Shown piece after piece: positions 39,781 to 53,077 of a DNA stretch of 64,000 nucleotides (within the stretch, counting starts at the first letter, position 1; each line of letters opens with the position of its first letter). The notes below the pieces were generated by a model. It had not been told where the DNA came from. It made no database searches and saw only the letters and a program-made list of their open reading frames with translations. The stretch spans positions 36,952,001-37,016,000 of the forward strand of contig NC_043005.1 of NCBI RefSeq assembly GCF_006345805.1. The letters run 5' to 3'. A program made the translations under genes and the position numbers. Origin of the DNA: Octopus sinensis (taxonomy: Eukaryota).

Positions 39781-41154
39781 TTATATGTGAGTTACGTAAC
39801 ATAGTCTACTATAGAGCCGAGGCATATATGTTTCCATAATATCCTGCATATAGAGTCCTCTTCTCGACAAGTAATTGAATTGAAATAGAATGAAATTATT
39901 TTCCTAAATTTATCAAACAATAAATCAGAGTTATTAACCGGGTTTTAATGAAAGTGATTTATGGATGAACTTTACAATGTTACACATGGAACTTGTTACA
40001 CGTGGAATAAAACATCATTTCTGATTATTAAAAACTTGATAAATCTACTCTCCTCGTTGCTAATACACACTGCAGTGCTGCTGTAAACTCTGGAATTTAG
40101 TTTACTAAAGTCAATAATAAAAGATTCGACTAGCTGCCTACTCTGTTGGCTAAGATATATTATATTTGTCTTTCTAGCGTTCAATTTTGACAAATCATAC
40201 ATTTTTATTTTACTTCATTTTCTTTTAAATTTTTCTGAAACTAAATTTCACTGATAAAATTAGAAGAACGAAACACAATTAATTGAAATTTTTACAATTG
40301 CACTACCTCTCTCTTTGTCTTTTTATTTTCCTCTCTCTTTATATATATATATGTGTGTGTGTGTGGTGTGTGTTTTCTCTCTCTTTTCCTATGACACTTT
40401 GTGTCCCCACTCTGTCTGTGAGTTTGCAAGAACACACACACACACACGCACACACGCACACATATACACACAAACGCACACTATATCCTTTACTCTCAGG
40501 AGACTTTACTAAGTCTTAAACAAACAATGCAAATCTAATTTTAAAGAAGTATTTTAAACATTTTACTTACTAAGGACATATTCCCGCAGATTTATCGATT
40601 CCAGGAAGTTATTTGTACTGAGCTTTATAATCAAAAACATTGTCGGTTGTTGTTTTTTATTGTTTTTTTTTAAATTATTTTTGTTCGTTTTTTACTACTC
40701 TACATTGCAAACAAATATTACGCGTGTTAATGTCAGACTAACTACTCTATTATTAGATATCTCCCTCTAGCTTCCATTACAATATTAGTATAAACAGAAT
40801 ACTAATTAAACTATAGAACCAGCCAACACAGATCAACTAAAGCTATAGCCGACCTTTCATTGTAAGCGCTAATTTTCTGCGATCCTACAGTTTATTCCTC
40901 TGATATTTAATTACCTAATACCTTTTGCTTCATTCAGTCTTTATCCAGATTTAATACATATTCTATTCTACTTCCCAACCAATATTAACACTTCATATAT
41001 TCATATATACAAACACACCTATTAAAACATACATGTGCACACACAGATCCTGCTTTGCCAACGCTAAAACTACTTCAAAGCAATTCGTTCACTACGCAAG
41101 TATATTTATCTCTTTCAGGTTTGAGTTCCCATCGATATGAACAATCCATTCGCT

Positions 41155-41155
<1 letters not shown>

Positions 41156-41204
<49 letters not shown>

Positions 41205-41256
41205 GGTGGTGGTGGTGGTGGTGGTGGTAGTAGTAGTGGTGGTGGTGGTGGTGGTG

Positions 41257-41291
<35 letters not shown>

Positions 41292-41327
41292 GGTGTGGTG
41301 GTGGTGGTGGTGGTGGTGGTGGTGGTG

Positions 41328-41373
<46 letters not shown>
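41156..41373. repeat. Alternating (GTA)n/(GTG)n trinucleotide array
   Basis: Directly visible blocks. It is followed by a minus-strand family C copy (41373-41525). Confidence 0.95.
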
Positions 41374-41374
<1 letters not shown>

Positions 41375-41849
41375 TGTCTTGTTTTCCCTCAGGTCAACCC
41401 CAATTGTACAAATCTGTGATCAGAAATGTGCCAACTGCGTGTTTTTTTTTTCAAGGCAATAGGGTGTGATTTGAGGGAATTTGCAGCTGTTTTTACACGT
41501 TGAATGACGCCATAGCGGTTCCCACGATAGAATAGAGTGTCACAGTAATATGAAATATGTCATTAAATTTAGATTAACAATCCACTTCTCGAAGGAGATT
41601 GAATGTCATTTAAAATGAGGAAGCTTTGAGGGAAATATTTGGAGAAAAAGAATTTATAGATCTAAATTGAAGGCAATACTTCGAATTGGGTTATGTGCTT
41701 CAAGAAAATGGAAATCTCAGGCTCAAATATTAATTTCTGCAAGCATCGCTCATAATTGAAATCCCACGTGAAAATCAAGAACCCAAGCGACATTGGTGAT
41801 TTTGACACATTTCGTTGTTGTTAGAGTAGAAGCTCACTCATAATTTATT

Positions 41850-42050
41850 CTACTATAAGCACAAGGTTTGAAAATTTTATGGAGAAGGGCTTGCCGATTA
41901 CATCGATCTCAGTGCTTAACTGGTACTTATTTTATCATCCGAAGGGAGGCAAAGTAACCTCAACTTCGGTGACATCTGAGGTTACAACGGAAGAAATTTC
42001 GCTAAGCACTTTGGACAGCGTGCTAACGATTCTACTAGCTCGCCAACTTC
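41850..42050 (-). mobile_element. Decayed SINE A copy
   Basis: GATTACATCGATCTCAGTGCTTAACTGGTACTTATTTTATC core and GTGCTAACGATTCTACTAGCTCGCC head complement. Confidence 0.8.
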
Positions 42051-42795
42051 AGCTCATGGTCTTAATTAATACATAACTTTCGTAATTGATAGTTCTACTG
42101 AATAAATTTATTGAATAAAAATATTAAAATGACTTTAAATTAGAACTACTACATTTTACCAGTTAAAATCTGTTTCGAATTCTTTTAATCTGTTCATGAT
42201 TAACACGCGACTAAGATTCGGATACATCTAGCAAATATCAATTTTCTATTAAGTTATTAATTTGAAACACAAAGCAGAAAATAATGAATTTCGTGTGTAT
42301 GGCCCTTGAGGCTCTCTCTATAGCATTAAATTTGATGTAGTGCCGGTGAACACCATTCACTGTGGACTAGAAAATTAAAATTAAAAAAAGGCATGAATCA
42401 TTAGATAAGAAGAATCATGTTTTGAAGCTAGACTGAAATAATTTAAGCAATTAAATAGCTCTGTGTAATTTTAAAATGAATTAATACAATTTAATAATAA
42501 CAATTTGATTATAATTGAGATATAGGCAAGAAAATCGAAAACTACAAAGATGCAGACGGAAGAATATGTGGAAGCTGGTAGTTTTATATTCTTATTTGCT
42601 ATTAATATATGTAGTCCAACTTATACTTATTATCTAATATGTATGAGTGTGTGTATGTGAGTAGCGGAGTTGTTACCAGATGCTTTTGTCTAGTCTTTGT
42701 GCGTGAATGTATCTAAATTTCATTCAACTTTTATAAAAGCTGTGATATTTTCTAAATTTTCTAAATCAATAAGTTAATTGTTCTATCTATCTATC

Positions 42796-42846
<51 letters not shown>

Positions 42847-42850
42847 TTAC

Positions 42851-42894
<44 letters not shown>

Positions 42895-43599
42895 GCATGC
42901 ATGTATGTATGTTTGTATTTATGTAAGTACGTAAGTATGTGTGTCTCTATGTTTGAATATCTGTGTGTGAGTATATATATATTACACACAATATATATAT
43001 ATATATATATATCTTTCTCTCTTTCTTTCTGTCTCTCTTTCTTTCTTTCTTTCTTTCTTTTTACATATAGTATAAAAAGATGATATATATCTACATTTAT
43101 TATGCAATATCATTGCTTACATCATTGGCTATCGACAACGCTTTATAGGTATTGTCAACTCCGGAAAAACTGATAGAAAATATATTTTCGAGTAACATTC
43201 AGCAGAGCTTGAGTATACAGCCCATAGAATAACACCGGAAGTAAATTCCCTGGGGACACACAGCATAATACGCACACAGACACACACACATACAACACTC
43301 ACCACACACACACACACACACAGTTTAAAGAGGTAGGTTACATGAAGAAAACTTGTATTGAAAGTCGGCTGTGTATTTATGCAAGATTTATATTAGCGGA
43401 TGCATGTGTGTGTGTGTGTTGTCTATATATATGCATGTATGTTGAGTGTATGTGTTTATGCTGTGTATATCTGCATTTTGTGTATATATATGTGTGGTTG
43501 CTGTGTGTGTTCTTGTGCGAAAAGTAAAAAAAAAAATATATAGACGATAACACAGAACTTCCACTGGCATCTATTTAATGTACAGAGAAAGAGGGAAAC

Positions 43600-43863
43600 A
43601 TTTGCTTAATTGCTCCAAATATCGTAACTTGAGAATCTCGTTGTAAGTTTTACATAGATTTAATGGATCACTTGATCAGAGGTCTTTGATTTGTTTCTAG
43701 CCGATAGACAAATTGTAAAAATTACCTTTTAAGCTTTTCAAGGCAGCTTCTGCTTCAATAAATCATTTATTTATGAGCATCTGTTTATTACTTGCGTACC
43801 TTTGAAAAACTCTATACATTCCGAAGAAGATAACTATATTTAGTCAACTTCTCTAGATGTTAC

Positions 43864-43903
<40 letters not shown>

Positions 43904-44420
43904 TGATGATAAATTTTCGTTAGATCTGCAGAGAAGCGACCAATGGAAAATAGCAACTTCTGCAATTTATATATCAATAATCTCACACAACCAGCATATT
44001 GCTCTCTTCTTTTCTTTTTGTTAGCTATAAAAATTCATAGGTTGATTTCCGGCCTCACTGATATTTTCGTATCTTCTGCTGATTCTAGACCGTTTTATTT
44101 CGCTAGGAAGGATTTTTCAAGTAGCCACTCACAGAGCCACAAAGTTATTCATACTAAGTAAGTAAACAGTATGTCTTGAAGAAGGTAAATGCAATTTTCT
44201 CATTGCTACCTACATAGAATGATATTTGGAAATATTCTTGAAAGTTGTACGGTATAGCATGTTGCGAGAAGCTTGCTGTCAGAAATTTCATTTCTGTAAC
44301 CTTCACCGCCATCCCAACTTTTTGTGGCTTCTCCACTGCCTCTACACTCTACAGATATTGTATTTAGTAAACTCTCATATCTTTTACTATTTCTGCTTTC
44401 TTGCTCTTCAAAGCTTTCAT
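43600..44420 (-). mobile_element. Possible ancient non-LTR (R4/Dong-like) ORF N-terminal remnant
   Basis: A-rich minus strand with fragments such as RLE..QIKDL and YLEQL, interrupted by (TAA)n at ~43866. Weak. Confidence 0.25.
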
Positions 44421-44620
44421 AGCACGTAATGGAAGTGTATGTGGTTTTAACATTATGCGCGCGTATTGCAAATGCGTGTTTGCGTTTAATTTTGCATATT
44501 TCCCCGCGTTTTCCTTGATATTTCTGGAAACGTCTATTACACATAACTACAGAAATAAAAAGGAAACTTTGAATCATGTGGAAATTATTTTTTTTTGTAA
44601 CTTTATGTGTGTTTATTTAT

Positions 44621-44663
<43 letters not shown>

Positions 44664-45499
44664 ATCTTTCAATTTTATGTGTATTTCTCTAAGTATGTAC
44701 ATAAACATACTAATGCAGATATGGACACGGATGTGTGTGTGTGTGTGTATCTGTGGGTAAAGATATACTTATGATTATATTTATATACACACATCTCAGT
44801 GATAGCTTCACACACAAACATACATTTATATCGAGATAAGTATGTAGATGGATAAATAGATAGATAGATTGATAGATACATACATGCATACATACATACA
44901 TGCATACATACATACATACATACATACATACATACATACATACATAGATATGTACATAGACATTTGCGTGTGTATGATATACATATTAAAGCAGATATAC
45001 ACTCATACATTTGCATACACACACATACAAACAAACAAACAAATACACGAGCGTACCCATATAAGCGTGTGAATATCTGTAATGGAATAGCCCAGGTGGA
45101 AATACCAAATTCCAGCAGACATCTGCTCACATTACTCTCCATGCTGGTTCCATTGTTACCAATACAAGCTAACATGTATTAAGAATGTGTTTTAGGATCT
45201 ACACCAGTTTTCTCTTCTAATCTTTGGTTTCTATCAGTCTGGCAGCCTATCGCAGCTATCTCGAGTGATCTTGGTCTATGTATTCGTTTCACAAGCCAGC
45301 CAGGTATAACACTGCGAATATTTGCATCAGTGTGTGTGTAAGAGAGAGAGAGAGAAGGATAGAGAGTGAATGTGTGAGGGTGTAAGAGAGGGAGACTTTT
45401 TAGCGTATGTGAATGTATGTGTATCAATTTCTACATCTATCTTGCACCGTTTATCAATTTCCAGTTTTACCTATTTCTTAATCAATCAGTTATTCATTC

Positions 45500-45509
45500 T
45501 ATCTATCTT

Positions 45510-45576
<67 letters not shown>

Positions 45577-45719
45577 CTATCTCTCTCTATATATGTGTGT
45601 GTGTGTGTATGTATATATGTATATATATATATAGGTATGTATATATAAATGTTTGTATATATATATGTATATATATGTATGTATATTTTTGTATGTATAT
45701 ATGTATGTATATATGTATG

Positions 45720-45785
<66 letters not shown>

Positions 45786-45796
45786 GTATATATATA

Positions 45797-45833
<37 letters not shown>

Positions 45834-45842
45834 TATATTATG

Positions 45843-45875
<33 letters not shown>

Positions 45876-45888
45876 GTATATATATATG

Positions 45889-45961
<73 letters not shown>

Positions 45962-46024
45962 GTATATATATGTATATATATGTTATATATATATATGTAT
46001 AATATATATATGTATATATATGTA

Positions 46025-46075
<51 letters not shown>

Positions 46076-46076
46076 G

Positions 46077-46123
<47 letters not shown>

Positions 46124-46419
46124 GTATATTATATATATGTATATATATATATGTATAATATATATATATATATAATGTATATATATATATGTATATATGT
46201 ATATATATATATTGTATATATATATATAATATGTATATATATGTATATATATATGTATATATATATATGTATATATATTATATATATATATATTATGTAT
46301 ATATATATATATATATGTATATATATGTATATATATATATATGTATACTTATATATATATATATGCAGATATAAATATGCATACACACATACACATGTGC
46401 ACACACACGCTATATGCGC

Positions 46420-46460
<41 letters not shown>
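45500..46460. repeat. ~950-bp (CTAT)n-(TA/TATG)n-(GT)n microsatellite block
   Basis: Directly visible. It is the source of the 268-aa Y/I ORF artefact. Confidence 0.95.
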
Positions 46461-47068
46461 TGTGTGTGTGCACGTATGTACGTATATTTCTCTCTACCTG
46501 TCTGCCTATCAATATAATAATTATCAGCCTGCTCTGCATATCAACATAGTTTCCTGCCTGCCTGCCTGCCTGTACGTCTGTCTGTGTGTCTTTCTGTCTG
46601 TCTGTTTGGCTGTTGTCTATTTGTATATCTCTGTATCTCTGTATCTATCCATGTAATTATTGATCGATCGATGTAATTATCGACCAAAAGTTCTTTACTG
46701 GCTTGCAGCCAGAGTATTTGGCAAGGTATTTTTCCTAGGTCAAGCTATTAGTAAATTGACTCGAAGTATTAGAAAGCTGTGCAAAATAATCCATTGTTAT
46801 CTTGAATAAGTGAAACGTGCAACAACAGCGGTAATAACAATAAGAAGAAGAACAAAATTAGCAGCAACAGGAAGAACAAAAGCAGTACTAACATCACCAG
46901 TATCAAAACAGCAAACACCACCGGCAGCACTAGCACCGAGACCAGAGTTTGCAGCGACAATTTTACCGTGAATAACATCAAACAAATATAAACACGACAA
47001 CATCGAGGTCGTCGACAACAATTATATCAAGAAAGAAAGGCTACAACAGAAGCACTAATAAAAATAGT

Positions 47069-47074
<6 letters not shown>

Positions 47075-47135
<61 letters not shown>

Positions 47136-47180
47136 GCACAACAACAGCAGCAACAACAACAATTGCAGCAGCAGCTGCAG
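47075..47180. repeat. (CAA)n grading into (CAG)n
   Basis: Directly visible. Confidence 0.9.
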
Positions 47181-47308
47181 AGATGCTTTCGGTAAAGAGA
47201 AAAGATCGTCAAAGGTCTCATTAGACCTAAACACCGCATTGTCGAGTTCACAGCGTCTGAAACAAGCCCCTAAGAATAACAGCTGAACCTCAAAATGATC
47301 TTTCGGAT

Positions 47309-47680
47309 TGCGAGAATTAACAGCCAAATGTCCTTCAAATCGCATCCTACTGCCATCACAGGCAACATTTTTTTATAATATAGCTTTATGTTTCCTACAC
47401 CTTGGAGAAGTCGGGATGGTTACAGGTGTAAAGTCTTCGATCAAAGGTCTGGTGGATCAAGGCTCACCTGAATCTAAACAACAACTGGGCACTTGACCGT
47501 CTAAAAATAGTAGCCGACTCATCTTCAAATCACACCTGACCGTCTTTAAAAAAGAACACGTTGGTTAAAGTGGTCTTAGGCTCTCTACACAAAGGAAAAT
47601 GTGTGATGGTCACGGTTTGAAATCCTTTATTTAAAGATTTGTTCAGTTAGAGCCGGCTTGGATCTAAATAACCACAATAG
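47309..47680 (+). mobile_element. Two tandem copies of repeat family C
   Basis: Both units contain (A/T)AGCC(A/G)A..TCAAATC(G/A)CA and GATGGT(T/C)AC..AAAG..GG/GAATCTAAA(C/T)AAC. Confidence 0.6.
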
Positions 47681-48505
47681 TGTTACTCGCAACGAGTGTC
47701 AGCATTGTACTCCATAAAAACAAGAAGCCATGAAGTGATCACCGCTTGATCTCAGTAATAAAATTGGATTTAAAGAGACTGGTGATGGTTCACATCAGTT
47801 AAACTTGCGTTATTTAGAACACATCATTGACATTGAAGGGTGTATGTCTAGCTTATTCAAGTACTCTAACTGGCAGTGAATAAACACGCTTGTGGAATTT
47901 CCAATCGTAGGTCGATAAAATCGCATTGAGGTTTGCTGTGGTTATTCTTAAATAATTCACAGTTATTATGAATAAATAATCGGCGTGCTCGCGATATCGT
48001 GATATCTTCTATGAGTATCTGTATGTGTATTAAATATTAGATATAATATATTACACACAAGCACAAATATTTCTATATATGTACATATAATATATTAAAT
48101 ATATTTTTCAATTAATCTGTGAGTGTGAGTGTGTGTTCGCGCGATGGATAACAAGATACCAAAAAGAACATATAGACCATTGGTACATACAATGTACACC
48201 TGAGTCAAATCAGCGCTAAAGACTTCATTTCTATCTCATCCCAGAGTGTACCTGTCAACTACATGAATCAGAACTTTCGCCTTCCGGATCTATCCTGGTG
48301 TCCTGCAGTTTATTTATGTTTCTCTCTCTTCAATATGTTACATATATATTTTATAACTTGCTTTAATACCTTGAAACTACCACTTGATACTTTGTTCTCA
48401 TACACACACGCACTCACACATACATACATAAATGCATGTATACATACATACATACATACATACATACATACACACATAATGCATTATATATGCATATTTC
48501 CATTA

Positions 48506-49170
48506 CACTGAGTTGCTCGCTTCCGATCATCAGCTGGTAAAATCGAGCTTTTTCTTTTCAACATCAACTTCTTTTCCTTGTTTTTTTTAGTCACATGCGC
48601 TACATTGGTCTCAAATATTATCTGGGACAAAATCGTGCGATGAAAATGTTACCTCATAAAATAAAGGTGAATTTAAAGTTAATTATGCAACTTTTGTGCT
48701 AACTATTTGGAAAAATCATAATATACAGCGCAGAGGTTGAATCACACAAATGTGATCAACCTAAAACATATGGTGGGCAACAGAGCGCACATTCAAAAGC
48801 CGTTATTACAAGCATAAACATTGATTTGTCAATCCTGACAGAAAATGTGCTACGGCTTTGTTGAAGTTTATAAGGTTCTTGTAAGAAACAAATCCTCATG
48901 AATTCAAAATTATTTAGCCTATCGTAGATAATGCGCAACCATACTTGAACGGGAGCTTTCAGGATATCAATAGTTTGAACAAAAGAAATGAGCCGTTAAT
49001 ATCTTGTATGCAAACAACTCCAAGCAGTTGCTTTCGCACGTGTCATTCACAAAGGGTTTTTAAACGGATGAACATCAGGATAAGCATTTCTTTCAAACTT
49101 TCATTTCATATTTCAAAAGAATATTCAGGCTCGGTTTAACCAGCTGATGATCGGAAACGAACCGCTCTGA
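48506..49170 (-). mobile_element. Internally deleted mariner derivative (MITE-like) with ~39-bp TIRs
   Basis: Left GAGTTGCTCGCTTCCGATCATCAGCTGGTAAAATCGAGC versus right reverse complement GAGCGGTTCGTTTCCGATCATCAGCTGGTTAAACCGAGC, with TA at both outer ends. The internal minus frame has RIIYDRLNNF and ECALCCPPY, resembling the mariner IIHDRL and HPPYSPDL regions. Confidence 0.75.
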
Positions 49171-49430
49171 TACTAGAAATCGGAGCCTTTTAGTTCTAAT
49201 GTAGTAAAGAATGCTCTACATTTCTATTGAGTCCTGTAATTTATTGCTTCTGGTGAATCACCATATATATATATATATACATACTTACCTTTATAGACGA
49301 CCTGTCAGACTCTAATAGCAGAGGTAATATGCCCTCCGGCATTAGAATCTGATGAGTCGTCTATAAAGCTAAGCGCTTTATGGATACGAAACCATTGGTC
49401 ACTCTATGACCGGACATATATTTAACTGTA

Positions 49431-49665
49431 AAAGGCGGCGAGCTGGCAAACACGTTAGCGCGCCGGGCAAAATGCTTAGCGGTATTTCGTCTGTCGTTAC
49501 GTTCTGAGTTCAAATTCTGCCGAGGTCGACTTTGCCTTTCATCCTTTCGGAGTCGATAAATAGAGTACCAGTTTCGCACTGGAGTCGATGTAATCGACTT
49601 AATCCCTTTGTCTGTCCTTGTTTGTCCCCTCTATGTTTAGCCCCTTGTGGGCTATAAAGAAATAT
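49431..49665 (+). mobile_element. Full-length SINE A (tail type 1) with 15-bp target-site duplication
   Basis: TSD ATATATTTAACTGTA at 49416-49430 and 49666-49680. It has A-box-like TGGCAAACACG and B-box-like GAGTTCAAATTC. Confidence 0.95.
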
Positions 49666-50825
49666 ATATATTTAACTGTATGTGTATGTATGTATCATAT
49701 ATATATATAATATAATATTTTATAATTATGAGTGTAATTATAATTAGGGTTCAGCAAAAATTTGCTTTACCACATACCGAACTTTAAAAATAGCAGCCAA
49801 AGAACCTTAGCTATTTCTTCTACTATAAGAAGAAACTCCTGGACAACAAAATACTCAAAATTATACTCATAATCATAAAATATTGTTTAAGTTTACCGAT
49901 AAATGGTCCTTTTAACATGCCGAATACTACTTGGTGGAATTATTAATTACTAGTTAATTAATAAATTTTACCCTTTATTATTATTGATTATATATATATA
50001 TATATATATGCATTTTAATATGAATTAAAATACGAGTACATGAGATAATCCCGTAAAAGCCATTCCAATTGACATAGCAGGTGTAAAAGTGCAAGTGAAG
50101 CCGTTGCATCTGAGAATCGAAATCACTCCGCAGATTTTACATTGAGAAATTTTGAAAATCTCTTTCGCAAAACTCGCTTGAATTAACATTAAATTGACAA
50201 AAAGGAGGATTTAACAAGACAGATCCTATCGTCCGGTGTTGGATTCAAATGAGGGATTTATTTATTAGCTATGATTCTGATATCTAAAGCAATTCTTCTC
50301 TCCTATTCGGTTAACATGCTGCGCTGCTATCATATACTTAATTTAATTTGATGTAATACGAATGTAAATTTAACGAAAATAGTTTATTGATTTTACACTT
50401 GTCTTCTTCCTAAACACAGAATGGATGGTATTAAAGAGACGACGTAGTGAAGATTGTGTATATATCAGAAGAAGATGATTATTTTATCACCAAGTTTCAG
50501 CTTCGGTATCTACGGAATATGTAGGAGGAGAAGCATATTTTTGCATGCATTTACATCGACGTGCGCACACACACACAAAGCGAATTCATTTTCGTATTAT
50601 TCGTATATATTAAAAAGAATGAAGTATTTTGAGTGATTACTGAATCTATTTGGACAATTTGAATATATTAAATATATAGCACGTAGTATAACATGAGATA
50701 ACACACACAAATACAAATATTTTTACACATGTATTATATATTGAATAAATTATCTTATATCTATCATCTATGTACCTATCTATCTCTCTAGATTGATAGG
50801 TAGGTATATAGATAGATAGACAGAC

Positions 50826-50868
<43 letters not shown>

Positions 50869-51074
50869 GATATATATATATAACAGTGGCATGAAATTCG
50901 AGTCGCGAGATAAACATACTCGCTCAATAAACTATACTTGTGTGTGTGTGTGTGATGTCACGTTTGCCTTTATTATTCCTAACTTCTCGTTCGGAAATTA
51001 ACTTGTTTTTTTCTATTCTGTATGCAGCCTCAATAATTTATTTCCTTTTCAACCTGATTTTCATCACATTCATT

Positions 51075-51280
51075 GTCTCTAGTATTGGCAGAAGGACGGA
51101 AATTTGGGGAAGGGGTTAGTTGATACCATTGACCACAGTACTTGACTGGCAGTTTATTCTATTGACTCTGATCAGATGAAAAGCAAAGTTGACCTCAGCA
51201 AGATTTGAGCTCAGTACGTAAAGGCATGGAAGTAAAGCATTTTTCCGACTCGCTGACGATTCTGCCAGCTCACCACACTT
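51075..51280 (-). mobile_element. Decayed SINE A copy
   Basis: GATGAAAAGCAAAGTTGACCTCAGCAAGATTTGAGCTCAG and GACGATTCTGCCAGCTCACCAC. Confidence 0.75.
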
Positions 51281-51864
51281 TCTTTCGTCGCATTAATAAA
51301 ATTAATTTGCCACTTTTTTCTTGTTTAAATTCTTAGTTGGGTCACAAATTTCAGTATTAGTGTGTGTGTGTTGTGTGTGTGTGTGTGGTGTGTGTGTGTA
51401 ATGAGATGAAACGTGCTGAAACATCCAATCTCAATTGTTTCCGAATGTAACTCTCCGCGTATTTTCCCATGCTTTTCCTTCTCAAGTATAATATCTTTCA
51501 TTTAAATAATTAATGAACAAAAGTTTTGTTCATAAACAAAGCGAGAAATACATCATGTAGAGAATATAAAAATTATATTACACGCACTTATGCGGTAAAG
51601 AAAGAACAATATTAGAAACATTTATTCAGCAGTGAGGATTATTGTAATTATTTCAACAAGTACAGAAGATAACTAGATATGTTTCAGTATTATTCGACAT
51701 TAGCATGTTAAAAATTATTAATGTAACCTCAATGAGTAATGTGTGGAAATAGCACAGTTTGAACTTACTTGGACTACACCTTTCATTTTCTGTTACCAAA
51801 TGTAGAAAAGGTGTTTCGATCATCTTGGGCCTTACTCAAGTCTCCCTCTTTTGTCGTTAAGTAA

Positions 51865-52077
51865 TTATATACGAATTTGTCCCCAAACTAAATTCTGTGG
51901 TGGTTTAAACTCATTCTCCTCTGAATTGAAAAATGAAATCAGACAAGAATTTGTGTTTAGGGTCCAGTACCCTCGCCAGAAACCTTTTAACATGTCAACC
52001 GCTTTTCTTCCCATGTACACTGTTTTCCTGTTGAGCTTAGTTATAAGTGCTTTTATTCTAACGGCTTCCTTCCTCAA
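51865..52077 (-). mobile_element. Possible Penelope-like ORF N-terminal remnant
   Basis: KALITKLNRKTVYMGRKA aligns without gaps to the KxLIxKxExxIxRMRWKA pattern of PLE ORF N-termini (recalled pattern). Confidence 0.3.
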
Positions 52078-52619
52078 ACTGCTGCACTCTGGAACTCACT
52101 ACCATGGTTTGATCTACGATGTTCAGTCCTCTAAACATTATGTCAGCTGATGTCTTTTGAACTTGTAGCCCCTTCCTATATTGTTTTACGCTCCAGTAGC
52201 CTGAAGCCTCTCTCTCTGTATCTATCTATCTATCTATCTGTTTCTCTCTCTCTCTCTCTCCATCTACCACATTTCTGGTGTTCTGCTAAAACAATTGGCA
52301 AAAGGGTTGTACAAACTACCATATATTCGTTTGCGAGTGACTGCTAAACTTTTATTAGTAACTATAAATATTCTCAATGATGGCTATAGAAATTTCTTCT
52401 GTTTTCGTTCTTTCATTGAAGACACATTCCTACATATTTTAAGTTCATTTCCATTGCTATCGCTGAAAGAAATTGAAAAATTATACATCTCATTATTTTG
52501 CTCGGATTCCTTGATGGTTCAACGCATGAATACATTATTTTCTTTCAAAGTGATCATGTGATGCATGATGCTGAGCAATGTCAAATACTAGACACTACAC
52601 GCAACACATAAATGTTGCA

Positions 52620-53077
52620 GTTTTTTTTTTTTTTGTTTCTCGTAATATTTTCAAAAACAATTATCAGTATTTGGTGACGTTATGAAATGATATATTTTCT
52701 CCTCAGAATTAGGTATTCATAGATAGCTATTTTACAGATCTTAAATGTGCTGCATAGGTAACAGTTCTTGGACACAAAACATTGCCAAGTATAAAATTGG
52801 TCATTTAATATTTATATTTTATTCCTAGAGACTGCAATATTTTTTGAGTGTGTTTCATGAAGCGGTGCCAGAAGAAGGTGTTATGTTGGTGAAATCGATT
52901 GTTGAACGAGCTGTCTATATGCCCTATATACCTGTTTTGGGTTTCTTTGTTGATGATGCCGATACAATTAACAATGCGTTCCAACCATTTACGACTGCAT
53001 TTAGCACTGTATGAGAAAGATTGTAAGTGCATACCCTGAGTTCGAAATCCGAGATACTTACAGCTTCGAACACACAC
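52620..53077 (-). mobile_element. Penelope-like element GIY-YIG endonuclease remnant
   Basis: IVNCIGIINKETQNRYIGHIDSSFNNRFHQHNTFF (YIG at 52922-52930; cf. YIGxTxxxFKxRxxxH), then SKNCYLC and EEKI, resembling the terminal CxLCxxEK. Confidence 0.7.

Noticed and set aside
45653-46459. 268-aa ORF and the many other Y/I, C/V, H/T and poly-residue ORFs in the track
   Set aside because: They are translations of (TA)n, (TG)n, (CA)n and trinucleotide microsatellites, which lack stop codons by composition.
46769-47345. Cys/Val/Leu-rich ORFs suggesting a secreted or metal-binding peptide
   Set aside because: They derive from (CAA)n/(CAG)n and its decayed flanks.
49141-49170. Minimal hammerhead CTGATGA-TCG-GAAA
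   Set aside because: Stem III and stem I cannot form, and the sequence is explained as a transposon TIR.
49431-49520. tRNA genes at SINE heads (also 39559, 60290-60370, 6760-6834)
   Set aside because: A- and B-box-like motifs are present, but each continues into SINE core and tail, and I could not build a full cloverleaf.
51851-52150. Plus-strand ORF with signal-anchor-like hydrophobic stretch
   Set aside because: No convincing donor site or homology. Hydrophobicity is expected from the antisense of an A-rich retroelement frame.
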